From assembly GCA_046076065.1 (NCBI GenBank), contig JBJTRH010000041.1:1-51509 (forward strand): DNA of 51,509 nucleotides, read 5' to 3'. A program made the position numbers and the translations under genes. This DNA comes from Planctomycetaceae bacterium. GTDB lineage: Bacteria > Planctomycetota > Planctomycetia > Pirellulales > UBA1268. Of the stretch, positions 1 to 9,034 are shown piece after piece (position 1 is the first letter of the stretch; each line of letters begins with the position of its first letter). The notes beneath the pieces were generated by a model. The model was given only the letters and a program-made list of their open reading frames with translations, made no database searches and was not told the DNA's origin.

Positions 1-163
1 ATCCGAGCGAGAGGATGCCACGATGGCATCCTTGAACGTCCGGCGACGGGGCACTGGCAGCCCCGGGGCCCGGGCAAAACCCGCGTTGCGGGCCGCGCGC
101 GGCCGTCCTACCATCCCGCCCCCGCGCGGGGACTCCGCGCGGAGTCCCCGCCCGCGGTGTGCC

Positions 164-1183
164 ATGGACGACGCGCCAGACGATCGGATCCTCGACCACG
201 GTCGCGACATTCTCCGCGCCGAGGGGGAGGCGGTGCTCCGCGCCGCCGACATGCTCGACGCCTCCTTCTGCCGCGGCGTGCGGCTGCTGCTGGGGTGCAC
301 AGGGAGCGTGGTGGTGACCGGGATCGGCAAGGCCGGCCTCGTGGCCCGGAAGATCTCCGCCACGCTCGCCTCCACCGGCACCCCGAGCCACTTCCTCCAT
401 CCGGCCGAGGCGATGCACGGCGACCTCGGCGCGATCCGCGGCGACGATGTCGTGCTCGCGCTGTCGCAGTCGGGCGAGACGGAGGAGATCACCCGCCTGC
501 TGCCGCACCTCGCCGCGCGACGCGTGGCGATCGTGGCCCTCACCGGGCGGCCCGACAGCTCGCTGGGCCGGGCCGCCGACGTGGTCGTGGCCACGGGCAT
601 ACTCCGCGAGGCCTGCACCCTCGGCCTCGCCCCGAGCACGAGCACCTCGCTGATGCTCGCGCTCGGCGACGCGCTGGCGCTGGTCACCAGCAGCCTGCGG
701 CGGTTCACCGCCGAGGACTTCGCGGCCCGCCATCCGGGCGGCAGCCTTGGTCGCCAGTTGATGCTCGTCGAGGACGTGATGCGACCGCTCGCGGAGTGCC
801 GGATCGCCGGCCCGCACGACACCGTCCGCGACGTGTTCGCGCGGCCGCTGCCCGCGCGTCGCACCGGTGCCGTGATGATCCTCGACGACGCGGGCACGCT
901 CGCCGGCATCTTCACCGACAGCGACCTCGCCCGGCTCTTCGAGCGTCGGCACGACACCGCGCTCGATGCCCCGATCGGCGGCGTGATGACCAGCCGCCCC
1001 ACCACGCTGCCGGCGGGCACGCGGCTCCGCGACGCCGTCGCGATCCTCGAATCGCGGCGGCTCAGCGAGCTGCCCATCCTCGGCCACGACGGCCGGCCCG
1101 TCGGCCTCGTCGACATCGTCGACCTCGTCGGCCTCGTGCCGCCCGAACTGCTCGCCGCCCCCCGGCAGGCGGCGGCCGCCTGA
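164..1183 (+). CDS. kdsD: arabinose-5-phosphate isomerase, KdsD/KpsF family (SIS domain + tandem CBS)
   Basis: Track ORF 23..1183. SIS-type segments VVVTGIGKAGLVARKISATLASTGTPSHFLHPAEAMHGDLG and ALSQSGETEE, plus a C-terminal CBS pair. The in-frame ATG at 164 (MDDAPDD...) gives a family-typical length of about 340 aa. The Arg/Pro-rich 47 codons upstream look non-coding. Followed by kdsC. Confidence 0.85.
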   Translation: MDDAPDDRILDHGRDILRAEGEAVLRAADMLDASFCRGVRLLLGCTGSVVVTGIGKAGLVARKISATLASTGTPSHFLHPAEAMHGDLGAIRGDDVVLALSQSGETEEITRLLPHLAARRVAIVALTGRPDSSLGRAADVVVATGILREACTLGLAPSTSTSLMLALGDALALVTSSLRRFTAEDFAARHPGGSLGRQLMLVEDVMRPLAECRIAGPHDTVRDVFARPLPARRTGAVMILDDAGTLAGIFTDSDLARLFERRHDTALDAPIGGVMTSRPTTLPAGTRLRDAVAILESRRLSELPILGHDGRPVGLVDIVDLVGLVPPELLAAPRQAAAA

Positions 1184-1209
1184 CCCCTCGCGCTCCCATC
1201 CCGCTTCGC

Positions 1210-1752
1210 ATGCCCGACACCCCGGACCTTCAGCGTCGTCTCGCCGGCGTGCAGCTGCTGCTGCTCGACGTGGACGGCGTGCTCACCGACGGGGGTGTGA
1301 CGTACGACGACCAGGGGGGCGAGTCGAAGACATTTCACATCCGCGACGGCCTCGCCCTCCGCGCCTGGCAGCGGGCCGGGCTCCGCGCCGGCATCGTCAC
1401 CGGCCGGACGAGCCGCGTGGTCGAACGGCGGGCCGCCGAGCTCGGCATCGGGATCGTGCGGCAGGGCATCGACGACAAGCTCGCCGCCGCGACCGAGGTG
1501 GTGGCGTCGTGCGGCCTGAGCTGGGAGCAGACCGCCTTCCTGGGCGACGACCTGCCCGACCTGCCGGTCGTGATGCGGTGCGGCGTGGGGGCGGCGGTGG
1601 CCGACGCCTGCGCCGAGCTGCGGCGGGCGGCGGACGTGGTGACCAGCCTCCCCGGTGGCCGCGGCGCGGTCCGCGAACTGATCGAGCGGCTGCTCGACGC
1701 GCGAGGCGGCTGGGAGGCCGTGGTGTCGCACTACGTGGCCCCGCGTTCCTGA
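1210..1752 (+). CDS. kdsC: 3-deoxy-D-manno-octulosonate 8-phosphate phosphatase (HAD family)
   Basis: C-terminal part of track ORF 157..1752, with an in-frame ATG at 1210. HAD motif LLLLDVDGVLTDGGV, then IVTGR and FLGDDLPDLP. About 180 aa, typical of KdsC, and 26 nt after the kdsD stop. Confidence 0.85.
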   Translation: MPDTPDLQRRLAGVQLLLLDVDGVLTDGGVTYDDQGGESKTFHIRDGLALRAWQRAGLRAGIVTGRTSRVVERRAAELGIGIVRQGIDDKLAAATEVVASCGLSWEQTAFLGDDLPDLPVVMRCGVGAAVADACAELRRAADVVTSLPGGRGAVRELIERLLDARGGWEAVVSHYVAPRS

Positions 1753-1775
1753 CCGGCCCCGCGAGCGAGACGGCG

Positions 1776-4700
1776 ATGGAACATCGATTCGGACGCACGC
1801 TGCGGGTGTTTCTCGTCGTGCTCGCGGCGGCGGGCTTCTACCGGCTCGCCGTCGTGCCGGTCGTGGAGCCGCGGGTGCGCGATCCCGCCACCGACCACGA
1901 GATGACGCCGGAGGAGGCCGCCGCGATCCGCGCCCGTGCCGATCAGCGGCTGGCGGCGCTCGGCGACATCTTTCCGCCCGGCTCGTGGGAGCGGGAGAAC
2001 CCGATCATGCTGGAGAGCCGCCAGATGCGGCTGCTCTTCAAGGACTACCACTCGCTGCCCGACGGCCGCGTCAACATCGTGCCCTGCACGCTCGTCGTCC
2101 TGCCCGACCGCAACCGGGTGGCGGGCGACGGTCCGCCGGGCCGCACGCTCGTGCTCCGCGCGCCGCAGGGGGCCGTGCTCGAGTTCGACGAGCCGCTCGA
2201 CCTGCGGCAGGTGCGGCTTGCCAAGCTGGTGGGCGGCAGCCTCCGCGGCCAGGTGACGATCCGCGGCACCCCGACGACGCCCGAGGCCGAGGACGACGTC
2301 GAGATCGTGACCCGCGACATCGAACTCGACGAGCTCGAGGTCCGCACCGGCGAGATGGTGCAGTTTCGCTACGGCCGGTCGAGCGGCAGCGGCCGCGGTC
2401 TCGTCGCCCGCCTCAAGCCCCGCGCCGGCAGCGGCGACCCGAAGCCGACGGGCAACGGCCCCGGCGACAAGGGACCCAACATCGGCGGCGTCGACTCGAT
2501 CCGGCTCGACCGCGACGTGCGGATGCGGATCGAGGGGCTCGCCGGCGGCATGCTCCCGGGCGCCGGCAAGGCGGCCCGCCCCCATCCTGCGCCGGCGGCG
2601 CCGGGGGAACCGCCGCCGGCGGACCCGCCCGTGCTCGTCAGCTGCCGGGGTGCGATGTGCATGAACGTGTCGGCCAACGTGATCACGCTCGAGGACGACG
2701 TCGACGTGGTCCGCGCGCCGGCGGAGGGTCAGACCGAGCAGCTCGCGTGCGATCTGCTCGCGATCGTGCTCGCGCGGAAGCAGCGCAGCGGCGAGGCCGG
2801 CGCCACCGGCGGCCGCGGCGGGCTCGAGCCGGTGGAGATCCAGGCGAAGGGGGCACCGGTGGTCGCCCGCTCGACCGGGGCGCGGCTGGAGGCGCGGGCG
2901 GCCCGCCTCGGCTACGAAATCGCCACGCGGCGGATCCTCCTCGACGGCGAGGATCCCGTGTCGTTCGCGGCCGATGGCACCGAGATGGAGGCGCGGAAGA
3001 TCGACTACTGCCCCGGTCCGCCCGGCGATCCGGGGTCGCTGATGGCCGTCGGCCCGGGATGGCTCCGCGTCGCCTCCGGCACCGCGCCGCCGGCGCGGGT
3101 CCGCTGGCAGCAGTGGCTGCGGATGCGGCCCGACGGCGACGGCCACGTGGTGTCGCTGGCCGGCGACTCCGACGTGACCGTGGACGGGCAGGGACGCCTC
3201 TCGGCCGCCGAGATGCACCTCTGGCTCGAGGTTGCCAAGCGGCCGCAGGCCGCGGCGGCGCGGCCGATGGCCGGGCCCGACCTCTCGGGCGTGCGTCCGT
3301 CGCGGTTGCTTGCCCGCGGCATGGTCGAGGCCGACGCCGAGGAGGTGGCCGCACGGACCGAGCGGCTCGAACTCTGGTTCCGCACGATCGATCCGCCGCC
3401 CCCCCCGCCGCCAGGGCCGGCGGTCGCAGCGCCTGCGGCCCCGGCGCCGGCGCCGGCAGCGTCCGTCGCGGCCGTGGCGCCGCCAGCACCTCCCGCGCTG
3501 CCGCGGCCGGTGCAGCCGCCTCCGCCGCCAGCGGCGAAGGGCCGCGGCAAGATGATCGCGACCGCCGCGCTCGTCCGCGGCCAGGTGACGCTCGCGCCGC
3601 AGGGCAACCAGGTCGACGAGATGTCGATGGAGGGGCAGGTGCACCTCGTCGAGCAGCCCACCGATGCCGGGCCGCAGCCGCCGGGCGCGGCTCCACCCGA
3701 GCCGGGCATCGAGATCCGCGGTGACCAGATGCAGGTGTCGCGGCCCGCGGGACCGGATGCGAAGGCGATCGTGTCGGGGCGGCCGGCGGTCGTGTCCGGC
3801 CGGGGCGTCGATCTCGAGGGCCCGATGGTGGAGTTTGACCGCGGCCGCAACCGGCTCGCTGTGGACGGCGCGGGGCGGCTGTCGCTGCCGATGGCCGCGG
3901 GTGCGGGAGGGTTCGACGCGCTCGCCGTCACCGCCGGCATGCCCGCGGCCCCGGCGGCCCCGCAGGGACCTCCCGGCCGGCTCGACGTCACCTGGAAGGG
4001 ACGGCTCGACTTCGATGGCCGCACGGCGCGATTCATCGACGGGGTCGTCGCGAAGGGGGGCGCCGCCGACGTGCACTCGGGGTCGCTCGACGTGGTGTTC
4101 GATCGGCCGTTCGAGTTCACGGCCGGAGCGCCGCAGCGCGGGGCCGCGCAGCCCGAGGTGGCGCGGATCGCCTGTGGCGCCGGCGTGCGGATCCACAGCG
4201 AGTCGGCCGACGAGACCGGCCAGCCGACCGTCGAAGAGCTCTTCGTCCGCGACCTCGTGATCGATCGCCTCACCGGCGATGTCACGGGCACGGGACCGGG
4301 CCGGCTGACCAGCACCCGCACCGGCCAGGCCCCCGCGATGGCGCTCCCCGCCGGCCCGCCCGGTGCCGGCGGCCCCGCCGTGCAGCCGGTCTCGGCGTCG
4401 CGGAAGCCCGACGGCCTCACCTACCTCGGCGTCGATTTCCAGCGAGGTCTGCGGGGCAACCTCCACCGGCGGACGATGGAGTTCCACCAGCGGGTCGAGG
4501 CGATCTGGGGTCCGATCGCCAGCCGCGGCGACACGCTCGACGCCCACGCCGCCGGCGGCCTGCCCGAGGGGGCCGTGACGGTGAACTGCGACGTGCTCGG
4601 CGTGGGGCAGTCGCCGCCGATTCCCGGCCGGCAGCGGTCGACGATCGAACTCGGCGCCGGCGGCAACGTGCTCGTGGAGGGGGAGTCGTTCACGGCCCGC

Positions 4701-4988
4701 AGCGCGCGGCTGACGTGGAGCGAGGCGAAGGACCTGCTCGTGTTCGAGGGAGACGGCCGCAGCGACGCGCAGCTCTTCCGCCAGCTCAAGGCGGGCGCGC
4801 AGCCCTCGAGCGCATCGGCCGGCAAGATCCTCTTCTGGCCGAGCGCAAATCGGGTGGACGTGGAGGACGCCCGCTTCCTCGACCTCGACCAGCTCCGCGG
4901 CGCGGGTGGTGGCGGCGGCCTCCCTGGCCTGCCCGGCGGTGGCGGCGGCCCGCGCCCGCTCACACCGCCGCGGGTCCCCGGCACCTGA
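1776..4988 (+). CDS. large membrane-anchored hypothetical protein (possible OstA/LptC-LptA-like repeats; Pro/Ala-rich linker; Gly-rich tail)
   Basis: Track ORF 1509..4988, with an in-frame ATG at 1776 (MEHRFGRTLRVFLVVLAAAGFYRLAVVPV, a single N-terminal TM). Coding-like composition throughout. Pro/Ala low-complexity block at about 3391-3545 and a Gly-rich C-terminus. The function is inferred only from its position after kdsC. Confidence 0.6.
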   Translation: MEHRFGRTLRVFLVVLAAAGFYRLAVVPVVEPRVRDPATDHEMTPEEAAAIRARADQRLAALGDIFPPGSWERENPIMLESRQMRLLFKDYHSLPDGRVNIVPCTLVVLPDRNRVAGDGPPGRTLVLRAPQGAVLEFDEPLDLRQVRLAKLVGGSLRGQVTIRGTPTTPEAEDDVEIVTRDIELDELEVRTGEMVQFRYGRSSGSGRGLVARLKPRAGSGDPKPTGNGPGDKGPNIGGVDSIRLDRDVRMRIEGLAGGMLPGAGKAARPHPAPAAPGEPPPADPPVLVSCRGAMCMNVSANVITLEDDVDVVRAPAEGQTEQLACDLLAIVLARKQRSGEAGATGGRGGLEPVEIQAKGAPVVARSTGARLEARAARLGYEIATRRILLDGEDPVSFAADGTEMEARKIDYCPGPPGDPGSLMAVGPGWLRVASGTAPPARVRWQQWLRMRPDGDGHVVSLAGDSDVTVDGQGRLSAAEMHLWLEVAKRPQAAAARPMAGPDLSGVRPSRLLARGMVEADAEEVAARTERLELWFRTIDPPPPPPPGPAVAAPAAPAPAPAASVAAVAPPAPPALPRPVQPPPPPAAKGRGKMIATAALVRGQVTLAPQGNQVDEMSMEGQVHLVEQPTDAGPQPPGAAPPEPGIEIRGDQMQVSRPAGPDAKAIVSGRPAVVSGRGVDLEGPMVEFDRGRNRLAVDGAGRLSLPMAAGAGGFDALAVTAGMPAAPAAPQGPPGRLDVTWKGRLDFDGRTARFIDGVVAKGGAADVHSGSLDVVFDRPFEFTAGAPQRGAAQPEVARIACGAGVRIHSESADETGQPTVEELFVRDLVIDRLTGDVTGTGPGRLTSTRTGQAPAMALPAGPPGAGGPAVQPVSASRKPDGLTYLGVDFQRGLRGNLHRRTMEFHQRVEAIWGPIASRGDTLDAHAAGGLPEGAVTVNCDVLGVGQSPPIPGRQRSTIELGAGGNVLVEGESFTARSARLTWSEAKDLLVFEGDGRSDAQLFRQLKAGAQPSSASAGKILFWPSANRVDVEDARFLDLDQLRGAGGGGGLPGLPGGGGGPRPLTPPRVPGT

Positions 4989-4990
4989 CG

Positions 4991-5764
4991 TCAGGCGATC
5001 CGCCGCGACTCCTGCTCGAGCGCATCGAGCACGAACCGGATCACGTCCGGGGCCACCGCGTCGTAGAAGGCCACGCTGTGGCCGCCGCCGTGCGGCTCGA
5101 GCTTCGCGGTGTGCGGGATGCCGAGCGCCGCGAGCTTGCCGTGCAGCCGTGCGGCGCCGTCGTGCCAGTGCACGTCGGCGGGGTCGCTCGCGAAGAACTG
5201 GTGCCGCGGCCAGTTGAGCGGATGCACGTGGAGGATCGCCGTCTCCTGCCGGGCCCGCTCGATGTCGCCGAACAGCTGCCAGAGCGTGTCGTAGAGTTCG
5301 CCGTCGTCGCGATCACCCGCCTCGCGCATCGCCTGATGGAAGTCGACGGCCGGCGCGATTGCGGCCGCCACCGGAAACACGGCCGGGTGCCGGTAGGCAA
5401 TCCGCAGGGCGCCCTGACCGCCCATGCTCGTGCCGACCAGCGCGATCCCGGGGGGTGACACGCCGAACCGTCGGGCCACCTCGCCCCGCACCGCCTCGAC
5501 CACGAATCGCTCCGGCGTGACCACGCGATCGAAGGAGGGCACGATCTGGTCGAGCCACCAGGAGCGGCCGGTCCGCGGCGCGATCACCGGCAGGCGGTGC
5601 TCCTCCACGAGCCTCGTGAGCGCGGGCATGTCCTGCAGCCAGCGTTCCCGGACGCCGTGCAGGTAGATGACGGCCCGGCCGGGCAGGGGGTCGGGAGGCG
5701 TGTGGAGTTCGCACGGATGCCCGCCGACCTCGATGACGGACCAGTGGGCTCGCGGCGGCGGCAT
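4991..5764 (-). CDS. esterase family alpha/beta hydrolase (putative esterase / esterase D-like)
   Basis: 257-aa ORF. Nucleophile elbow GTSMGG, a YLHG segment, and overall similarity to the 'putative esterase' family. Convergent with the upstream large ORF. Confidence 0.75.
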   Translation of the reverse strand: MPPPRAHWSVIEVGGHPCELHTPPDPLPGRAVIYLHGVRERWLQDMPALTRLVEEHRLPVIAPRTGRSWWLDQIVPSFDRVVTPERFVVEAVRGEVARRFGVSPPGIALVGTSMGGQGALRIAYRHPAVFPVAAAIAPAVDFHQAMREAGDRDDGELYDTLWQLFGDIERARQETAILHVHPLNWPRHQFFASDPADVHWHDGAARLHGKLAALGIPHTAKLEPHGGGHSVAFYDAVAPDVIRFVLDALEQESRRIA

Positions 5765-5884
5765 CGGTGAAGCCGGGGGGCGGGAAAGACCGGCCCTATT
5801 CTAGCCGCAGCCCCGCCCGCTATCCTGCTCGCTTCCCGCCGCGCCTCGCGATCGTCGCGGCATGTCCCGCAGGGCAGCCACACC

Positions 5885-6454
5885 ATGGAAATCCTTCTCT
5901 CTCCCGAACAGCTCGCCGCCGGCATCGGCCGCCTGTCGGACGAGGTCAAGCGCGAGGTCGGCCGCCGGCCGCTCACGGTGGTCGGCGTGCTGACGGGCAG
6001 CATCGTGCTCGTGGCCGACCTGATCCGCAGGCTCGAGGGCCCGGTGATCGTGAGCATGGTCTGGGCGAGCAGCTACCGCGGCACGGCCACGCGACCGGGC
6101 GAACTCGAGCTCCGGCTCGACCTGCTGCCCGACCTCGCCGGACAGGACGTGCTCCTCGTGGACGACATCTTCGACACCGGCCACACGCTCAAGGCGCTGC
6201 TCGCGGAGCTGCGGCAGCGGGGGGCCGCGAGCGTGCGGTCGCTCGTGCTGCTCCGCAAGACCGGCCGGTCGGAGGTCGACATCGAGCCCGACTTCGTGGG
6301 CTTCGAGATCCCCGACAAGTTCGTGGTGGGCTACGGCCTCGACTTCGACGGTGACCTGCGGCACCTGCCGCACCTCGCGGCGCTCGACGACGACGACATC
6401 GCCGCCGCCCGCTCCGCCCAGGCACGATGCACAGCGCCCGCCGACCGCTCCTGA
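5885..6454 (+). CDS. hpt: hypoxanthine phosphoribosyltransferase
   Basis: PRPP-binding motif VLLVDDIFDTGHTL and C-terminal VVGYGLDFDGDLRHLPHLAAL, typical of HPRT. 189 aa with a short C-terminal tail. Confidence 0.85.
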   Translation: MEILLSPEQLAAGIGRLSDEVKREVGRRPLTVVGVLTGSIVLVADLIRRLEGPVIVSMVWASSYRGTATRPGELELRLDLLPDLAGQDVLLVDDIFDTGHTLKALLAELRQRGAASVRSLVLLRKTGRSEVDIEPDFVGFEIPDKFVVGYGLDFDGDLRHLPHLAALDDDDIAAARSAQARCTAPADRS

Positions 6455-7512
6455 TCGCCGTCCGCGGACTCGATCCCGTCGGCACGGGGCGGCAGGCCGA
6501 ACTCCTCGCGCTGGGGCTCCGGGCGGAGGGCCGCGACGTGCACGTGGCGATCACGTCGACCGGAGGCAGCATCGCGGCGCGACTCCGCGCCGGGGGCATC
6601 CAGGTGCACGAGGTGGGCCGCAGGCCGCAGCCCGACGTCGCCGCGGCGGTGCGGCTTGCCGCCCTCGCCCGCCGGCTGCGGGCCGGTGTGCTCGTCTCGT
6701 TCGGCCGTCGGCAGGGGGCGATGGCCGCCACGGCCCGTCTCATCGTGCCCGGCCTGCGCACGGTCGTGCATGCGGCGCACGCCGCGACCACGATCCGCCA
6801 CCGCCGCTCGCTCCGCGCCGCCGATGCCGTGGTGGCGGCGGCGGACGACGTGGCGGCGGCGTGCAGGCGATGTGGTGTGGCGGATCACAGGATCGCGACC
6901 GTGCCACCGGGGATCTCGGCCGACGCGACTGACGCACGCTCGCGGGATGAGGTGGCCAGGCGGCTCGGACTCGATCCGGCCTGCCAGTGGACGCTCTCGG
7001 TGGCGCCGCTGGTGGCCGAATCGCGGCTCGAGCGACTCATCTGGGGCATCGACCAGCTCGGCGTGGTCCGCCGGGGCATGCAGCACGTGCTCGTGGGGAG
7101 CGGGCCGCAGCTCCGCAGGATCCTGCGCCGGGCCCGGGTGCAGGAGCTCGCGGAGCGGCTGTTCGTGGTGCCGCACTGCCCGCTGCTGCCCGACCTCCTC
7201 GGGCAGATCACCTACGTGTGGCAGTCGGGCGACACCGCTTTCGGTGGCGCGATTCTCGATGCGATGGCCCGCGGCGTGCCGGCGGTGGCCGTGGCGAGCG
7301 GCCCGGCGCGGCAGCTGGTGGCCAGCGGCGAAATCGGCTGGATCGTGCCCGCCGAGCCGGAGAGTGAGTTTCCGCGGCGGGCCTTCACGATGCTTGAGGC
7401 GCCGGACACGCTCGCGGCCGTCGGGGCCGCGGCCCGCCGTCGCGCCGTCGAGGTGTTTCCCGCCGACCGGATGGTGGCGGGATTCGCCGCCGCGATCGAC
7501 GCCGTGGCCTGA
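6427..7512 (+). CDS. glycosyltransferase (GT-B fold, GT4-like)
   Basis: 361-aa ORF. The N-terminus LLIAVRGLDPVGTGRQAELLALGLRAEGRDVHV is typical of GT4 N-domains. The C-domain carries GGAILDAMARGVPAVA (E-x7-E region context). It overlaps the hpt 3' end by 28 nt. Confidence 0.7.
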   Translation: MHSARRPLLIAVRGLDPVGTGRQAELLALGLRAEGRDVHVAITSTGGSIAARLRAGGIQVHEVGRRPQPDVAAAVRLAALARRLRAGVLVSFGRRQGAMAATARLIVPGLRTVVHAAHAATTIRHRRSLRAADAVVAAADDVAAACRRCGVADHRIATVPPGISADATDARSRDEVARRLGLDPACQWTLSVAPLVAESRLERLIWGIDQLGVVRRGMQHVLVGSGPQLRRILRRARVQELAERLFVVPHCPLLPDLLGQITYVWQSGDTAFGGAILDAMARGVPAVAVASGPARQLVASGEIGWIVPAEPESEFPRRAFTMLEAPDTLAAVGAAARRRAVEVFPADRMVAGFAAAIDAVA

Positions 7513-7590
7513 GGTCGGCCCGGGCCGCAGCGCGACGCCGAGCAGCCGTACGGCTCACGCCGTGACGCTTCCAGACCGAGGCCGGAGCGA

Positions 7591-8961
7591 TCAGCGAGGG
7601 CCTGCGGGGACGGACGCCTCCGGGCCGACCGCGAAGGGCCAGTTGTCGATGCAGCCCGATCCCTCGCCGTCGCGCACGGTGACGAACAGCCGGTAGCCGC
7701 CGGGCTCGCGCGGGGCCTGCACGACGACGCGACCATCGGTCGTGGCCTCCGCGATGCAGCCCGCCACGAGCGCGGGCTCGCGTTCCCGATCGCCCCCCTC
7801 CCGCCGGTCGTTGCTCTCGCGGCGGACCTCCCACTCGTAGCGGAGGTCGCGGCCCTCGGGGTCGCGATAGCGGGCCGTGGCGGTCATCGTGGCCCCGCCC
7901 GCGAGGGTGCGATTCGCCAGCGGGACATCGGCCTCCTCGAGCACCGGCGCCCGGTTCGCCGGCCACGCGCCCGTCCACGCCTTCGTGACCGCGTCGACCG
8001 TGATCGTCTTCTCGCCCGTCGGCAGGAACATCCCGAACCAGCTCGCGGTGGCCTCCTGCTTGCTGCCCCACAGGAAGGCATAGCTGCCGAGGCATTGCTT
8101 CTCGTCGGCCAGGATGTCGGCCGTGGTCGTGGCGTAGGTGGCCGCCTTCTGCCGGCTGGTGGGCTCGATCGGCGCCTTCCACTCGGTCTGGGCCGTCTCC
8201 CAGGGGCCCGGGAGCCCGTACTCGGTGACGCAGTAGGGCTTGTGCCAGCCCATCCGCCGCGCTGCCTCCCCCACGCCGCCGGCGCCCGCGTAGGCGTTGA
8301 TGCCCAGGATGTCGACCGCGGGGGCGTGCCGGACGATCGCCGCGACCTTGTCGTCGTTGACGTTGGCCACGACCGTCATCACCGGATGGTTGGGATCGAT
8401 CGACGCGATCAGCTCCGCGAGGTGGTTCACCTCCCGCCAGATCTGTTCATTGGCGCCGTTGCTCGTGGGCCCTTCCATCTCGTTGCCCAGGCCCCACGAG
8501 AGGAGCGCCGGGTGATCCTTGAAGCGGCGGACGGCCGCCTCCACGTCGCGCCGCTGCCGCTCGACCTGCACCGGGTCGTCGTAGCGGAAGCCATGCCGTT
8601 CGTGGCCCAGCCAGAGGCCGATCGTGACCGCGATGCCCAGTCGCTGGGCCCGATCGAGGAGCGACTCGCCGTCGGTCTCGCGGGCGGCGCTCTCGGCGTC
8701 CCAGGTGCGGATCGCGTTGCCGCCGCAGGCGGCGAGCACCTCGAGATGGTCGATGCCGGCAGCACCGCGGATCCGAAAGGGCGTGCCGTCGCGCACGAGG
8801 CGATACCCGGTCTCGGCGTCGCCCTCCACCCGGACGACCGAGCCGGCGGCGTGGGCGTCGGCCGCGCTGCCGGCGAGCAGCATGGTGGCGGCCAGCGCGA
8901 CGAGGCCCGTCGAGCGGGGTGTGGATCGCGACCCGCCCGGCGGCGTGGAGAGGGCGAACAT
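7591..8961 (-). CDS. secreted glycoside hydrolase, clan GH-A TIM barrel (GH2/GH5-like)
   Basis: 456-aa ORF with a signal peptide (LVALAATMLLAGSAADAHA). Acid/base-type WGLGNEMEG and nucleophile-type CVTEYGLPG motifs. The family assignment is tentative. Confidence 0.65.
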   Translation of the reverse strand: MFALSTPPGGSRSTPRSTGLVALAATMLLAGSAADAHAAGSVVRVEGDAETGYRLVRDGTPFRIRGAAGIDHLEVLAACGGNAIRTWDAESAARETDGESLLDRAQRLGIAVTIGLWLGHERHGFRYDDPVQVERQRRDVEAAVRRFKDHPALLSWGLGNEMEGPTSNGANEQIWREVNHLAELIASIDPNHPVMTVVANVNDDKVAAIVRHAPAVDILGINAYAGAGGVGEAARRMGWHKPYCVTEYGLPGPWETAQTEWKAPIEPTSRQKAATYATTTADILADEKQCLGSYAFLWGSKQEATASWFGMFLPTGEKTITVDAVTKAWTGAWPANRAPVLEEADVPLANRTLAGGATMTATARYRDPEGRDLRYEWEVRRESNDRREGGDREREPALVAGCIAEATTDGRVVVQAPREPGGYRLFVTVRDGEGSGCIDNWPFAVGPEASVPAGPR

Positions 8962-9034
8962 GAGGTGGCCTCGTGGTGGAGTTCGCGGAGTGTACTGCGG
9001 ATGGGCATGGCTACGGGTGCCCGCGCCCGCGGCC

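Noticed and set aside
23-163. 47-codon N-terminal extension of kdsD (and the 531-aa ORF 157..1752 read as a single protein)
   Set aside because: The extension is Arg/Pro-rich and is not part of KdsD-family proteins. In ORF 157..1752 only the last 180 codons (from 1210) match KdsC; the rest is an off-frame shadow of kdsD.
1731-4547. 938-aa minus-strand ORF antisense to the large plus-strand gene, plus several other 100-580-aa ORFs in 1936-4984
   Set aside because: Extremely Arg/Ala/Pro/Gly-rich translations with no recognisable motifs, the typical GC-driven open frames opposite a real gene. The plus-strand frame has a TM anchor and balanced composition.
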